Source: an uncultured delta proteobacterium (lineage in GTDB: Bacteria; Desulfobacterota; BSN033; UBA1163). From it: 64,000 nt of DNA. The notes below the pieces were generated by a model. The model did not search any database. It had not been told where the DNA came from and saw only the letters and a program-made list of their open reading frames with translations. Every line of letters begins with the position of its first letter. Within the stretch, counting starts at the first letter, position 1. The position numbers and the translations under genes were made by a program. The DNA lies in the NCBI GenBank assembly GCA_963827685.1, contig CAWHBU010000002.1:192001-256000 (forward strand), read 5' to 3'. Shown here piece after piece: positions 8,966 through 18,607 of this stretch.

Positions 8966-9538
8966 TTGATTACCAAAGTTGAGATTCTAAGAAAAGTTGT
9001 CCATCTAGCCACGTTGATCATTCCTGTCGGATATGCCTTGACTTCTGAGGAAACGGCCATCCTATTTCTCGTCCCTTTCTTTATAGCTCTTCTATTGGTT
9101 GACCTCCTTCGCCACTTCCATCCTGGGATGGCTTCCCTTTTTCAAAAATATTTCTTCGGAAGGGTTCTCAGAGAAGAGGAGAAGTCCGCCTTTATGGGGT
9201 CAACCTATTTTATCTTCTCAACGATCCTGAGCATCCTTCTCTTTCCCAAATCCATTGCCATTGCCAGCCTCCTCATTCTAATCCTTTCTGATACGGCGGC
9301 GGCCTTAGTAGGGAAATGGATTGGAAGAGTGAGGATTTTTGGAAAAACCCTTGAAGGGAGCATGGCTTTTCTTATCACCTCCCTCTCCATTGTCTGGATC
9401 TATCCTAATCTGAGCCGATTTCCAGGAAGCCTCGCAGCGCTGGGGGCAACATTGATTGAGATTCTTCCAATAAAGGTGAACGACAATTTCAGTATTCCCC
9501 TTGTGGCAGGGACGATCATGTTTTTCGCGGGGGGATGA
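8966..9538 (+). CDS. CTP-dependent diacylglycerol/polyprenol kinase family (SEC59/DGK1/VTE5-like) membrane protein
   Basis: EILRKVVH, SDTAAALVGK..G, GKTLEGS, VNDNFSIP. Confidence 0.8.
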   Translation: MITKVEILRKVVHLATLIIPVGYALTSEETAILFLVPFFIALLLVDLLRHFHPGMASLFQKYFFGRVLREEEKSAFMGSTYFIFSTILSILLFPKSIAIASLLILILSDTAAALVGKWIGRVRIFGKTLEGSMAFLITSLSIVWIYPNLSRFPGSLAALGATLIEILPIKVNDNFSIPLVAGTIMFFAGG

Positions 9539-10400
9539 GGGAAGGAAATTTCTTCAGGACCTCAACGATTCTTCTGGCCTCTTCCTCTGAGCTAATCTTA
9601 GCAATCACTGCAGAAACCTTCAATTCATCAAAGAGGAAAGAAAAGGCCCCTTCGGATTCTCTCAAGAGTGTCCCATCGGCAAGAGGATTGAGGCTGATTA
9701 CAGGCTTTTCAAACTTCTTGATCAGATCAGAGGCTCGCTGCAAATCAAAGAGGCTCCATTTCTTATTGATGGGAACGGCGTAAGCCGATACATTGAGTGA
9801 TCTTGCCCTCGGAAGGGCAAAGGTCGCCCATTGACCTGAAAAGACGGGGATGAATCCTTTTCCCCTGACCCTGGACACCATCTCATGAAGAAGATCGATC
9901 CGGCCCAGCGCCAACAGCCAATCGCCATATTTTTCTCCGACGAGGAGGAACGGAGACTCTTTGGGATCGAAGAGGGAAAGAGCTTTCTCGAAGCGAAGGG
10001 GATCGAAGGCGATCCGGTCAATCTCTTTTTGCGTAAAGACCTCGGAGGAAGAGGAGGGGGGAAGAATATTTCGAGGCAGATGAGAGGGGAGGAGTTCTTT
10101 TCTGATCGTTGAGATGATTTTTGATTCAAAACGATGGAGAGGCTTTCCTAAAAAGGAGGCGCCTGTCTCCACCTCTACATGGGAAAGGCCCAAAAGCATT
10201 TCGTCCGTCATAAGATTTTTTAACTCTTTAAAGGATTCGAGATGATCGCCGGAGGTGAGATCAAAACACCACGCCCCCATTTCATAGGCTTCTTTCATGA
10301 GGAACAAAATCTGATGTCGATTAAAAGGAGGTTGAGGCTGGATGGAGAGAATGACCCTCGGAATCTTTTTCCCTTCTAGAATGGTTGTCGGAAGCCTCAT
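9516..10400 (-). CDS. Hypothetical protein, possibly a degenerate aldo/keto-reductase-like barrel
   Basis: N-terminal LPTTILEGKKIPRVIL and C-terminal KPVISLNPLADG resemble AKR-fold segments; no catalytic tetrad recognised. Confidence 0.5.
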   Translation of the reverse strand: MRLPTTILEGKKIPRVILSIQPQPPFNRHQILFLMKEAYEMGAWCFDLTSGDHLESFKELKNLMTDEMLLGLSHVEVETGASFLGKPLHRFESKIISTIRKELLPSHLPRNILPPSSSSEVFTQKEIDRIAFDPLRFEKALSLFDPKESPFLLVGEKYGDWLLALGRIDLLHEMVSRVRGKGFIPVFSGQWATFALPRARSLNVSAYAVPINKKWSLFDLQRASDLIKKFEKPVISLNPLADGTLLRESEGAFSFLFDELKVSAVIAKISSEEEARRIVEVLKKFPSLIPPRKT

Positions 10401-10815
10401 GGTATCATTATTCTATTATCTTCCTATCCTGTTTTCAATCAAAAGTCCAATCTTTGTATTTCAAAAATAAGATGTTCTTCTGTTTTTACTCTTTAAATAT
10501 CTGTTCATTGTGCACAAATAAATTATGTCGGAAAGCTGAATCAAAAAATACCATGGGTTGCTTAAGACTTTCTAATCGTAGACGGCAAGCGCCATTCCTT
10601 AGTCGGCCCAACCGTTTTTTGATTCAATGCAAATGGAAGGGACGGATCCTCTCCAACCATAGGATTTCTACAAATTGCTCCAGTATTTCAGAATGGACCG
10701 ATACTCCAATCATTCCCCTCCATCTTTTATGGGGGAGGATAAGGGCGGGGGTGAATGACAAGATCTAACCATTTCCTCCCTTGCTAAAAACATTTCTTTC
10801 TGGTAAAAGATTTCC

Positions 10816-11343
10816 ATGCCATTGAAAGATAAAGAGTTAAGAAAAGCCATAAGATTGGGAATTAAGACTCTGATTCTTCAGGAAGTCAGATTATTACGAC
10901 TGGAACGAGCCTTTACTCCACATGTTATGATCGACGAGATATCCGATTCGATTCAAGAGACAAAGAAGGTAATTATAAAGTTGACACGATCTATGGATAA
11001 TCAAGAAAGAACCGTTCTCCTAAAGAGAATGATCCGGCAAGCCGTAGACGAAGAGATCGATCGGGCTATTCAATTAAGAAAGACCAGGTGCATTCGTTGC
11101 CTTCATGGCAGGTTTTATGATGAAGCAGGGACGGGTCATGTGGACTTACCAGTCAAAACCCGGGCAGAGACCATCGGATGCGATAAGCTCAGACCTAACC
11201 TCAGAAAAAGTTGCAGGAGATTTGTAGAGATGTCGATGGCTGCTTCGCTGGATGACTATCTCAAGGAAATCACTTTCCTCTATGAATTTAGAGGCGTACT
11301 TGACCGGATTGAAGAGATCTGGAAGGACTACCTTACACAATAA
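10816..11343 (+). CDS. Hypothetical protein with Cys cluster (CIRCLH...C...C)
   Basis: 175-aa ORF in otherwise empty space. Confidence 0.65.
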   Translation: MPLKDKELRKAIRLGIKTLILQEVRLLRLERAFTPHVMIDEISDSIQETKKVIIKLTRSMDNQERTVLLKRMIRQAVDEEIDRAIQLRKTRCIRCLHGRFYDEAGTGHVDLPVKTRAETIGCDKLRPNLRKSCRRFVEMSMAASLDDYLKEITFLYEFRGVLDRIEEIWKDYLTQ

Positions 11344-11408
11344 AGGTTAAGGCTGAGGCTAAGGTTTAGATTTTTTAAATTCAACCTTAACCTAAACCTC
11401 AACCTAAA
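11343..11408. terminator. Hexamer-repeat inverted repeat between convergent genes (likely bidirectional terminator); related copy at 59181-59251
   Basis: aggttaaggctgaggctaaggtttag...aaccttaacctaaacctcaacct. Confidence 0.5.
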
Positions 11409-11416
11409 TCATTTGA

Positions 11417-13996
11417 TTAGGCGAGCGCTTCGGCCACCAGCTCTGTAATATCCATCACTTTGATCCGGCCCTTCTTCTCTTTTCGAAGTCTTGCCGCAGC
11501 CAGCTGTAGGTTGGACTTACAGGCCGGACAGGCTGAGACAATAGTATCAGCTCCTATGATCGAAGCCTGTTGAACGCGTTTGTAAGCTATATCTAAGCTC
11601 ATTTCCGTGTCATAAGCCTTAAGGCCCCCGCCGCCACCGCAGCATTTAGCGAGATTTCTGTTATGAGGAAATTCAATCAATTCTACTGATGGGACCGCAC
11701 GGATGACATTGCGGGGTGGGTCATAGATATTCATGTGCCGCCCGATATCGCAGGGGTCGTGATAAGCCACTTTCATTTTAGCCCCATTCTTAAAAATGAG
11801 CTTACCGTTGGTGATGAGCTTTTCCAGATATTCTACCGTATGGTAAACCTGAACGTTAGGAAACTTATTGTGTTTTGGGTAAAGATCTTTGAAGGTCCGG
11901 TAGCATCCGGCGCAGGTGGTAACAATCTCTTTGAGACCCATCCGTTCGAAATGACTTATATTATTTTTGATACATCTCTCAAATTCTTTTTGATCCCCTA
12001 CCAGATAAGAGATATATCCGCAGCAGGACTCCTCATTCCCCAAAGTCGTATAGTCAATATTCGCCTGATTCATGATCTTCAATGTACTTGGAATAAGGTT
12101 GATGTCCTGATAAGAAGCGACACATCCGAAAAAAAGGAGAGTGGACGCTTTTTCTTTAAACTTAAACTCTGTGGGATAGATGTCCGCCCTTTTTCCCGTG
12201 GCTTCCCCAAAGGGGTTTCCTTTTTCCTCAATCGATTGCAGCAGCGTCCGGTGGACGGACGGAAGATACCCTGCCTCCACCAGTCGCACGCGGGCGGCCT
12301 GGACAATATCGGAAATCTTAACCCCCGCGGGACAGACGGCATTGCAGTTAAGGCATGTGGTACACGGATAAAATCTTTCAGCCAGTTCTTCCGATGGTTT
12401 TAATCTTCCGGTGAGGAGGTGATAGGCCAAGATCACCCTTCCGCGCGCATTGATAGATTCGAGGGAAGTCTCCCCATAGGTTGGACACCCGGCTCGACAG
12501 AATCCGCACATGATACAGGCCATAATCTCATTATCCAGTGCCTCGCCAAAGGATTGAATCTCGCCAGGCCTATCAACAAGGGGTAGAAAGGCAAACTTCT
12601 CATAAATGTCTTGAATGGAGTCATCGAATCCCATCTTCCCCGGATTGAGTATATTGTTGGGGTCAAGGGCTTTTTTGATCTCCTTCATGACTTCGAGAGT
12701 TCCCCCAAGCTCCCTCTTTATATAAGGCGATTTGGCCATTCCTGTTCCATGCTCGGCCGTGAGCGTGCCCCTGAGCCGTATCGTGAGGTCAATTAAGTCT
12801 TTGGCTACTTCTCGGATGGTATTCCATTGCTCCTTATTTCTGGGGTCAGAGATGATGATGGGATGAATATTCCCGTCACCGATATGGCCGAAGGTATTGA
12901 TCGGGATGTGATGTTTCTCTGAGATTTTGTTGATTTCCATAATGGCTTCCGGGATTTTGGTGATAGGTATTCCCGGGTCGTCCATAATGGACTGCATCCT
13001 TGATCCTCTCTTGACTTTTGACAAGGAGGCAACAATCCCTTGACGGGCGGCCCACATCTTAAGACGTTTCGCGGGATCATCCTCCCATTTATTCTCGATG
13101 CCGTTATTGGCCTCACAAATTTTATTGATTTTTGCTATGTTTTCCTGAACAGCCTTTTTATTCCCATCGATTTCAATGAAGAGGAGGCAGCCGACTCGAT
13201 CGGGGATGTTGAGTCCCATGGCTTTATTCACCACATCGATCGTCACTTTGTCCAAAATCTCACAGGAAGAGAGAGCAATGCCTGAGGTCAAGATCTCCCG
13301 AACGGCCTTTCCAGCCTCCAGGGTAGAGGGAAATCGCGCCTCTGCAAAAGCAACATATTCGGGAACGGGGAGGATTCTTAGAATGATCCTTGTGATAATT
13401 CCCAGCGTCCCCTCGGCCTGGGTGAAGAGCTGGGTAAGGTCGTATCCGGAAGACGTCTTGCTTAAGACCGAACCTGTGTTAATCGTTCGACCATCGGCCA
13501 GCACGACTTCCAGCCCCAAGACATAATTCTTCGTTGTCCCATACTTCAGCGCCCTATTTCCGCTGGCATTGGTTGAAACCATTCCTCCCAGCGAGGCAAG
13601 ATTAGCACTCCCAGGATCTGGAGGGAAAAAATGGGTGGGGGCAACGGCTGCATTGAGATGGTTGCATATGACGCCAGGTTCGACCACGACATATCCGTTC
13701 TCTTTGTCTATCTCTAAAATACGATTCATCCTGCTCAGGTCAAGCAGAATGCCTCCCTTGGCAGCCAATGCGCTACCGACCGCGCTTGTCCCCGAACCTC
13801 TTGGGGTCACAGGGATTTTTTCCTGATTGGCCAAAGACATTATTTTTGAAACTTCATCTGTTGTTTTGGCGAAGACAATGACATCCGGAACGGCCTCGTG
13901 GACCGATAGATCCCTGGAGTAACAGAGTCGTTCGATTTCATCGGCCCTCACATTTCTTTCGCCGACGATTTTGATCAATTCTTTGATATAGTCCAT
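11417..13996 (-). CDS. FAD-linked oxidase (GlcD/D-lactate dehydrogenase-like) fused to 4Fe-4S and CCG domains (GlcF-like)
   Basis: PRGSGTS, PPDPGS, GHIGDGNIH, TAEHGTG, NPGK; CIMCGFCRAGCP; ESCCG, YHDPC, CCGGGGG. Confidence 0.9.
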   Translation of the reverse strand: MDYIKELIKIVGERNVRADEIERLCYSRDLSVHEAVPDVIVFAKTTDEVSKIMSLANQEKIPVTPRGSGTSAVGSALAAKGGILLDLSRMNRILEIDKENGYVVVEPGVICNHLNAAVAPTHFFPPDPGSANLASLGGMVSTNASGNRALKYGTTKNYVLGLEVVLADGRTINTGSVLSKTSSGYDLTQLFTQAEGTLGIITRIILRILPVPEYVAFAEARFPSTLEAGKAVREILTSGIALSSCEILDKVTIDVVNKAMGLNIPDRVGCLLFIEIDGNKKAVQENIAKINKICEANNGIENKWEDDPAKRLKMWAARQGIVASLSKVKRGSRMQSIMDDPGIPITKIPEAIMEINKISEKHHIPINTFGHIGDGNIHPIIISDPRNKEQWNTIREVAKDLIDLTIRLRGTLTAEHGTGMAKSPYIKRELGGTLEVMKEIKKALDPNNILNPGKMGFDDSIQDIYEKFAFLPLVDRPGEIQSFGEALDNEIMACIMCGFCRAGCPTYGETSLESINARGRVILAYHLLTGRLKPSEELAERFYPCTTCLNCNAVCPAGVKISDIVQAARVRLVEAGYLPSVHRTLLQSIEEKGNPFGEATGKRADIYPTEFKFKEKASTLLFFGCVASYQDINLIPSTLKIMNQANIDYTTLGNEESCCGYISYLVGDQKEFERCIKNNISHFERMGLKEIVTTCAGCYRTFKDLYPKHNKFPNVQVYHTVEYLEKLITNGKLIFKNGAKMKVAYHDPCDIGRHMNIYDPPRNVIRAVPSVELIEFPHNRNLAKCCGGGGGLKAYDTEMSLDIAYKRVQQASIIGADTIVSACPACKSNLQLAAARLRKEKKGRIKVMDITELVAEALA

Positions 13997-14186
13997 GGTC
14001 CTACCTCTCCATTATGTTTGATAAGATTGAACGATATCATTATAAAACAAATATCAGGAATCTACACACTGATCCGTTCTTTTTCATGGTTGAGATGAAA
14101 TGGATTTTCTTGGTAGGGAGGACGAATAAGAATTATCTTTACATAACCCTCCCCTCTCCCAAAATGAAGGAGTAGGAAAATAAGGC

Positions 14187-14247
14187 TTGACAAAAGGATA
14201 CACCCTATATAAGGTGTAGAGCATAGATACACCCGATTTGAGGTGTA
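14187..14247 (+). promoter_or_regulatory. Sigma70 promoter overlapped by two TACACC-N8-GGTGTA palindromic sites
   Basis: TTGACA 14187-14192, TAAGGT 17 nt later; palindromes 14199-14218 and 14228-14247. Confidence 0.7.
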
Positions 14248-14262
14248 AATGGAGACTATATA

Positions 14263-14970
14263 ATGGAGAGAATCGTAGCCGCCGTGACATGTGACATCGT
14301 TCGATCACAGAGATACTCCACGGAGCAAAGAAGAAAGATTGACGCAATCTTGAAGAAAGAATTCACGACGGTGTCCAAGACTTACAAGAACGCCGTTCAC
14401 ACCCCTACTTCTTTCAATGTTACTGTAGGTGATGAATTCCAGTTTGTCTTGACAAAAGTAGAGAAAGCTTATGAGGTAACGGTTTTTTATCGGGCATTGT
14501 TTGCCATTGCGGATCTTGCATCCATGTTCAGCTTCCGCTCCTCTATTGGCATCGGCGAAATCGCTGTCGAAAATAAGAAGGATTCTTATTCCCAAGATGG
14601 TCAGGCTTTTCATCGTTCTAGACTTGGTATCAATTTCTTCCGAGATCACAAATATAGAGGAAAGAGGCGGACTAAAATTGTAACCGGCGACATTCACCTT
14701 GACGAAACCCTGGATATGATTCTCATGTACCAGGATCTCCTGGAAGAAAAGTGGACTCGTGCCCAATGGGAGGCTATTCGCTGGCGATTGATGTTACCTA
14801 CCTATGAGGAGATTGCGAAAAAACTAGGCGTTGCTTATCAAAATGTCCAGAAACGACTGAAGGCAGCGAACTGGGATGAGTTCAGCCAAGGGGTTGAATT
14901 TGTTGAGAAGGTCTTAACCTCACACCTTCAAAAGGGTGCAACCGGCCATTTCACCTTTGAAAGGGTGTGA
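14263..14970 (+). CDS. SatD-family protein (nucleotide-cyclase-like palm domain + C-terminal HTH)
   Basis: AVTCDIVRS, GDEFQ, RSSIGIG, DGQAFHRSR, WTRAQ...YEEIAKKLGVAYQNVQKRL. Confidence 0.85.
   Translation: MERIVAAVTCDIVRSQRYSTEQRRKIDAILKKEFTTVSKTYKNAVHTPTSFNVTVGDEFQFVLTKVEKAYEVTVFYRALFAIADLASMFSFRSSIGIGEIAVENKKDSYSQDGQAFHRSRLGINFFRDHKYRGKRRTKIVTGDIHLDETLDMILMYQDLLEEKWTRAQWEAIRWRLMLPTYEEIAKKLGVAYQNVQKRLKAANWDEFSQGVEFVEKVLTSHLQKGATGHFTFERV
14921..14969. promoter_or_regulatory. Second pair of CACC-N8-GGTG palindromes at satD 3' end, just upstream of the DUF3307 gene
   Basis: cacacc-ttcaaaag-ggtgca (14921-14940) and ttcacc-tttgaaag-ggtgtg (14950-14969), 29-bp spacing. Confidence 0.65.
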
Positions 14971-14976
14971 TGGGGA

Positions 14977-15711
14977 TTGAGGATTAACATGATGTTTTGG
15001 AAGATTCTCCTTGCCCATGTGTTTACTGATTTTATTTTCCAACCTGACCCATTGGTCGAAAATAAAGGGAAGATTGCGGTTCTTTTCGTTCACAGTCTTA
15101 TCTTTTTTCTCCTTTCCATTGTAATCCTTTTACCGACCTTTTCTTATCAGACGGTCATCGCTCTTGTGTTCCTAGCATTATTTCATGGTTCTGTTGACTA
15201 TTTAAAAAACCTGATACAAAAACGTACTGGAAAAAATCATTGGGGCTACTTTCTGGGAGATCAGGTAATTCATATGTTGGGAATCGGAGCCGTCGTCTTT
15301 TTTCTGGATAAGAAATACTTGCATGCATGGGTTGATGTCTTATCTACCTATTGGTCGAAACCTTCTGTATTTCTGTTTCTTTCCCTCTTTGTTCTGATTG
15401 TATTCGGAGGAAACTTCTTCACCGGAGTCCTGTGTAAGGGGTTTTCGGGAAGCCTAAATTCAGAAAAGAAACCAGGGATTGAGAGGGCAGGACGGTATAT
15501 TGGAATTGTAGAAAGGAGTTTGGTCTTGACAGCTGTGCTCTTTGGCAAGATGGAATTTATCGGATATATCTTTGCCGCCAAATCCATTGCCCGCTATCCT
15601 GAAATGAAAGAAGGGAGTCATTTCGCAGAGTATTATTTGATTGGAACTTTGACCAGCATTGTTATAGCTTTTTTCGGAGGTCTGCTCTTAAAGTATCTGT
15701 TAGGATGGTGA
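14977..15711 (+). CDS. DUF3307-family multi-pass membrane protein
   Basis: LAHVFTDFIFQ, HGSVDYLK, DQVIH, GRYIGIVER, AAKSIAR, EYYLIGTL; start may be the ATG a few codons downstream. Confidence 0.85.
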   Translation: MRINMMFWKILLAHVFTDFIFQPDPLVENKGKIAVLFVHSLIFFLLSIVILLPTFSYQTVIALVFLALFHGSVDYLKNLIQKRTGKNHWGYFLGDQVIHMLGIGAVVFFLDKKYLHAWVDVLSTYWSKPSVFLFLSLFVLIVFGGNFFTGVLCKGFSGSLNSEKKPGIERAGRYIGIVERSLVLTAVLFGKMEFIGYIFAAKSIARYPEMKEGSHFAEYYLIGTLTSIVIAFFGGLLLKYLLGW

Positions 15712-15763
15712 TGGGTTTTGCCTTTTGTTCTGTCTCGATTTTTGGATAAAAAGATACCTTACA

Positions 15764-17803
15764 TTACAAGGATTGATAGACCAGCTCGCTTAGATCGTAG
15801 ACGGCCATGCTTTCTGTCTTCCCCTTCTCTTTGATCCCATCGAATAACATCGTCAGACAGTAAGGACAGGCTGTTCCTATTAACTCGGCCTTAACCGCGA
15901 TGGCATGATCGGTTCGCATCTGATTAATCCGCGTTCCGATATGTTCCTCCATCCACATTCTTCCTCCACCCGCCCCACAGCAGAAGCTCCGCTGACGATG
16001 CTGCTTCATCTCTATCAACTTTAAGCCGGGGATGGATTTTAAAATCTTTCGAGGCGGGTCGTAGATCTGGTTGCCCCTTCCGAGGTAACAAGAATCGTGA
16101 TAGGTGATCACTTTGTTGATAGGTTTGGTGAGTTTCAATTTTCCAGTTGAGATTAGCTCTGTTAAAAATTGGGTGTGGTGAACGACTTGAAATTCCCCGC
16201 CAAATTGGGGGTATTCATTTTTCAACGTATGGAAACAATGAGGACATATCGTGAGGATTTTTTTAACGCCGTATCGTTTCATGATTTCAATATTGGCTTC
16301 CGCCGTCGTCTGGAATAGGTATTCGTTGCCGATTCTCCGTGCCGGGTCTCCACAACATCCTTCCTCATTGCCTAAGATTCCAAACCGGATACCGCTCGCT
16401 TGGAGAATCTTCACTATCGAAGTGGCTACCTTTTGATTTCGGGCATCGAAGCTTCCCACACATCCCACCCAAAAGAGGAACTCAGGATTTTCTGCTTCAG
16501 CAAAGTTTTTCACTCCCAAGTCTTTGGCCCATTCTGCCCGCGTTCCCCGACTCGCCCCCCAGGGGTTGTTGCTCTTCTCGAGATTCTTTAAAGTTGATCG
16601 TACTTCGGAGGAGTACTTTGTTTCCACAAGAACCAAATATCGGCGGAGCTCCACGTTCCGTCTCACCTGCTCTATATAGACCGGGCATGCCTCCTCACAA
16701 GCCATGCAGGTCGTGCAGGCCCAGAGCTCGTCGTCGCCCACGCTGGTTTCCATGATGGCCTCTGGTTGACGCTGATCCCGAGGAGTGGCAAGGAGCTTCG
16801 GCCCCTCGCGCCACAGGTGTTCCTTCAAGTTTTGGGTCATCCGTCTGGGGGAAAGGGGCTTCCCTGTTAGATGCGCCGGGCACACATCCTGGCAGCGACC
16901 GCAATTCGTACACGCCTCAAGATCTAACATCTGCTTCCAGGTAAGCTCGGAGAGCTCCCGTGCTCCAAAGGTCTCTGCTTCTTCGAAATTGGGCATAGGA
17001 TCAAGGGCACCTCTTGTCTTGAAGGAACGGAAGAATATATTTAGGGGCGATAGAAATAAGTGCTGTAAAGGAGAATGGCTTATGGTGACGTAGGCAAAGA
17101 GTATGAATGCCGGTATGGCGTGGATCAGTACTCTGTGCCAGACCAAAAGTTCATTCAAAGGCGCAGTCGGTAGAATGAGAAAGAAACGAGAAATGAGATA
17201 ACTGACGGGTACCCAAGAAAGCCAATCCGGAACAACACCCGGCCCGATGATGGCTATCCGGTAGCCTTTAACAAAGTAGCCGGTAATTAAAAGCACAAAT
17301 CCCCAAACAAAAATCAAGGTCCTGTCGGGCTTGGTAACCAAACGGGACGGTCTGATTACGTATCTTCGGATGATCGCCAGACCTCCGCCCATCAAGACCA
17401 GAAGTCCGCCGATTTCTGAGACAAAAGAAACATATAAAAAGATGTTTTGAGGCGGATTCGTCAATCCAACAGGGTAAGAGAAAAGCCTCACGGTTTTTCC
17501 CAGAAAGATTAAAGCCGTTCCCCAGAAAATCAAAAAATGCATCGTGCCGGGATATAACTCCTTCCAAATCCGGGCATTGGCAAAAGTAACGGCTAAAACG
17601 GTTCTGAGTCGGGCAGCCACTTGACCGGAACAATCTTGATCCTTTCCGAGTTTCCATAGCCGATAATGTTGCCACCAAAAGCTCAATATGAAAACGGCAA
17701 CGAGACCGATGAAAAGAACGAGAAAGCCAAGGATGATCGGCAAAAAGACTTTCATGATGTAAACTTCTTGACTTGTCCAGAAAATCCGATTTAGGTGATC
17801 CAT
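15764..17803 (-). CDS. Membrane-anchored Fe-S oxidoreductase (NarI-like TM + 4Fe-4S + CCG; HdrD/FadF-like)
   Basis: CTNCGRCQDVCP, CTTCMACEEACP, EEGCCGDPARR, YHDSCYLGR, CCGAGGGRMWMEE. Confidence 0.88.
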   Translation of the reverse strand: MDHLNRIFWTSQEVYIMKVFLPIILGFLVLFIGLVAVFILSFWWQHYRLWKLGKDQDCSGQVAARLRTVLAVTFANARIWKELYPGTMHFLIFWGTALIFLGKTVRLFSYPVGLTNPPQNIFLYVSFVSEIGGLLVLMGGGLAIIRRYVIRPSRLVTKPDRTLIFVWGFVLLITGYFVKGYRIAIIGPGVVPDWLSWVPVSYLISRFFLILPTAPLNELLVWHRVLIHAIPAFILFAYVTISHSPLQHLFLSPLNIFFRSFKTRGALDPMPNFEEAETFGARELSELTWKQMLDLEACTNCGRCQDVCPAHLTGKPLSPRRMTQNLKEHLWREGPKLLATPRDQRQPEAIMETSVGDDELWACTTCMACEEACPVYIEQVRRNVELRRYLVLVETKYSSEVRSTLKNLEKSNNPWGASRGTRAEWAKDLGVKNFAEAENPEFLFWVGCVGSFDARNQKVATSIVKILQASGIRFGILGNEEGCCGDPARRIGNEYLFQTTAEANIEIMKRYGVKKILTICPHCFHTLKNEYPQFGGEFQVVHHTQFLTELISTGKLKLTKPINKVITYHDSCYLGRGNQIYDPPRKILKSIPGLKLIEMKQHRQRSFCCGAGGGRMWMEEHIGTRINQMRTDHAIAVKAELIGTACPYCLTMLFDGIKEKGKTESMAVYDLSELVYQSL

Positions 17804-17827
17804 CTCACTTTTCCCAATCCTGAGAGA

Positions 17828-18052
17828 TTAGAAAGGCAACAAGTGCGGATAGAACGTAATCAAATGGGCGACGAAGAAGACGAATGCTAAGCAGCCCATG
17901 ATCATCAACGCTCGATCGATAAAGGTGTTGTACTTTTGGTCTAAGCCAAAGTCGAAAGCAGCAAACTTCAGACCAGCGAACAGGGAGTAGATAACCGCCA
18001 TCAATATGGCCAATTCAACAATGATCGCTATGGGTCTAAGGGATGCTTCCAT
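17828..18052 (-). CDS. Small two-TM hypothetical protein
   Basis: 74 aa with two hydrophobic helices; GAGGAG RBS. Confidence 0.7.
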   Translation of the reverse strand: MEASLRPIAIIVELAILMAVIYSLFAGLKFAAFDFGLDQKYNTFIDRALMIMGCLAFVFFVAHLITFYPHLLPF

Positions 18053-18085
18053 AAATTGCTCCTCATTATTATTGTATGCAACAAT

Positions 18086-18607
18086 TCAGCGCTTTGGAAA
18101 TCCCTCCCGACCTCCCTTTGCCAAAGGGAGGAGACTGGACATAAACTGGGTCTTCATTCTGCAGGAAGGGCAAAGGTTAAACGGCCAGGTGGTCTCCCTA
18201 TTCATAAGAATCTTGCTTTCCAATTTTCTTACCATCGACCGAGGGAATAGAGGAATGCCACACTCCATACACCTGCAGATTTCATCTTCAAAAATGGTGT
18301 TTGCGCTCTTTCCTGTTTGATTCTTTTCTGGTTCTGTTTCCACCCATTGAAAACAATTCTCCGGACAGGATTTTTCACAAACGCCACAAGCATCGCAAGC
18401 GTCTTCCCGGAAAAGGAGTTGATAAGTATCCCTTTCACTGTTTTGGGAAATGGTTAAAGCCTTTGTCGGACAATCAATCGTGCAAAGGCCGCAGCCCGTA
18501 CATTTTTCTTTATCGACCAGGGGCATGCCGTGCTTCTTGAGCCGGATGATCTTCAAAAACTCCCGTCGGCTAATCCTGTCTTTAGATCCTAATGCGTGTA
18601 ATGTCAT
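18086..18607 (-). CDS. 4Fe-4S ferredoxin (NapF/ArxB2-like)
   Basis: CTGCGLCTIDCP, CDACGVCEKSCP, CMECG...CPSC; SRREFLK without hydrophobic core; start overlaps upstream stop. Confidence 0.8.
   Translation of the reverse strand: MTLHALGSKDRISRREFLKIIRLKKHGMPLVDKEKCTGCGLCTIDCPTKALTISQNSERDTYQLLFREDACDACGVCEKSCPENCFQWVETEPEKNQTGKSANTIFEDEICRCMECGIPLFPRSMVRKLESKILMNRETTWPFNLCPSCRMKTQFMSSLLPLAKGGREGFPKR

Noticed and set aside
14199-14969. 29-bp-spaced palindromes as a mini-CRISPR
   Set aside because: Only pairs, 9-bp gaps and variable centres; fits protein-binding sites better
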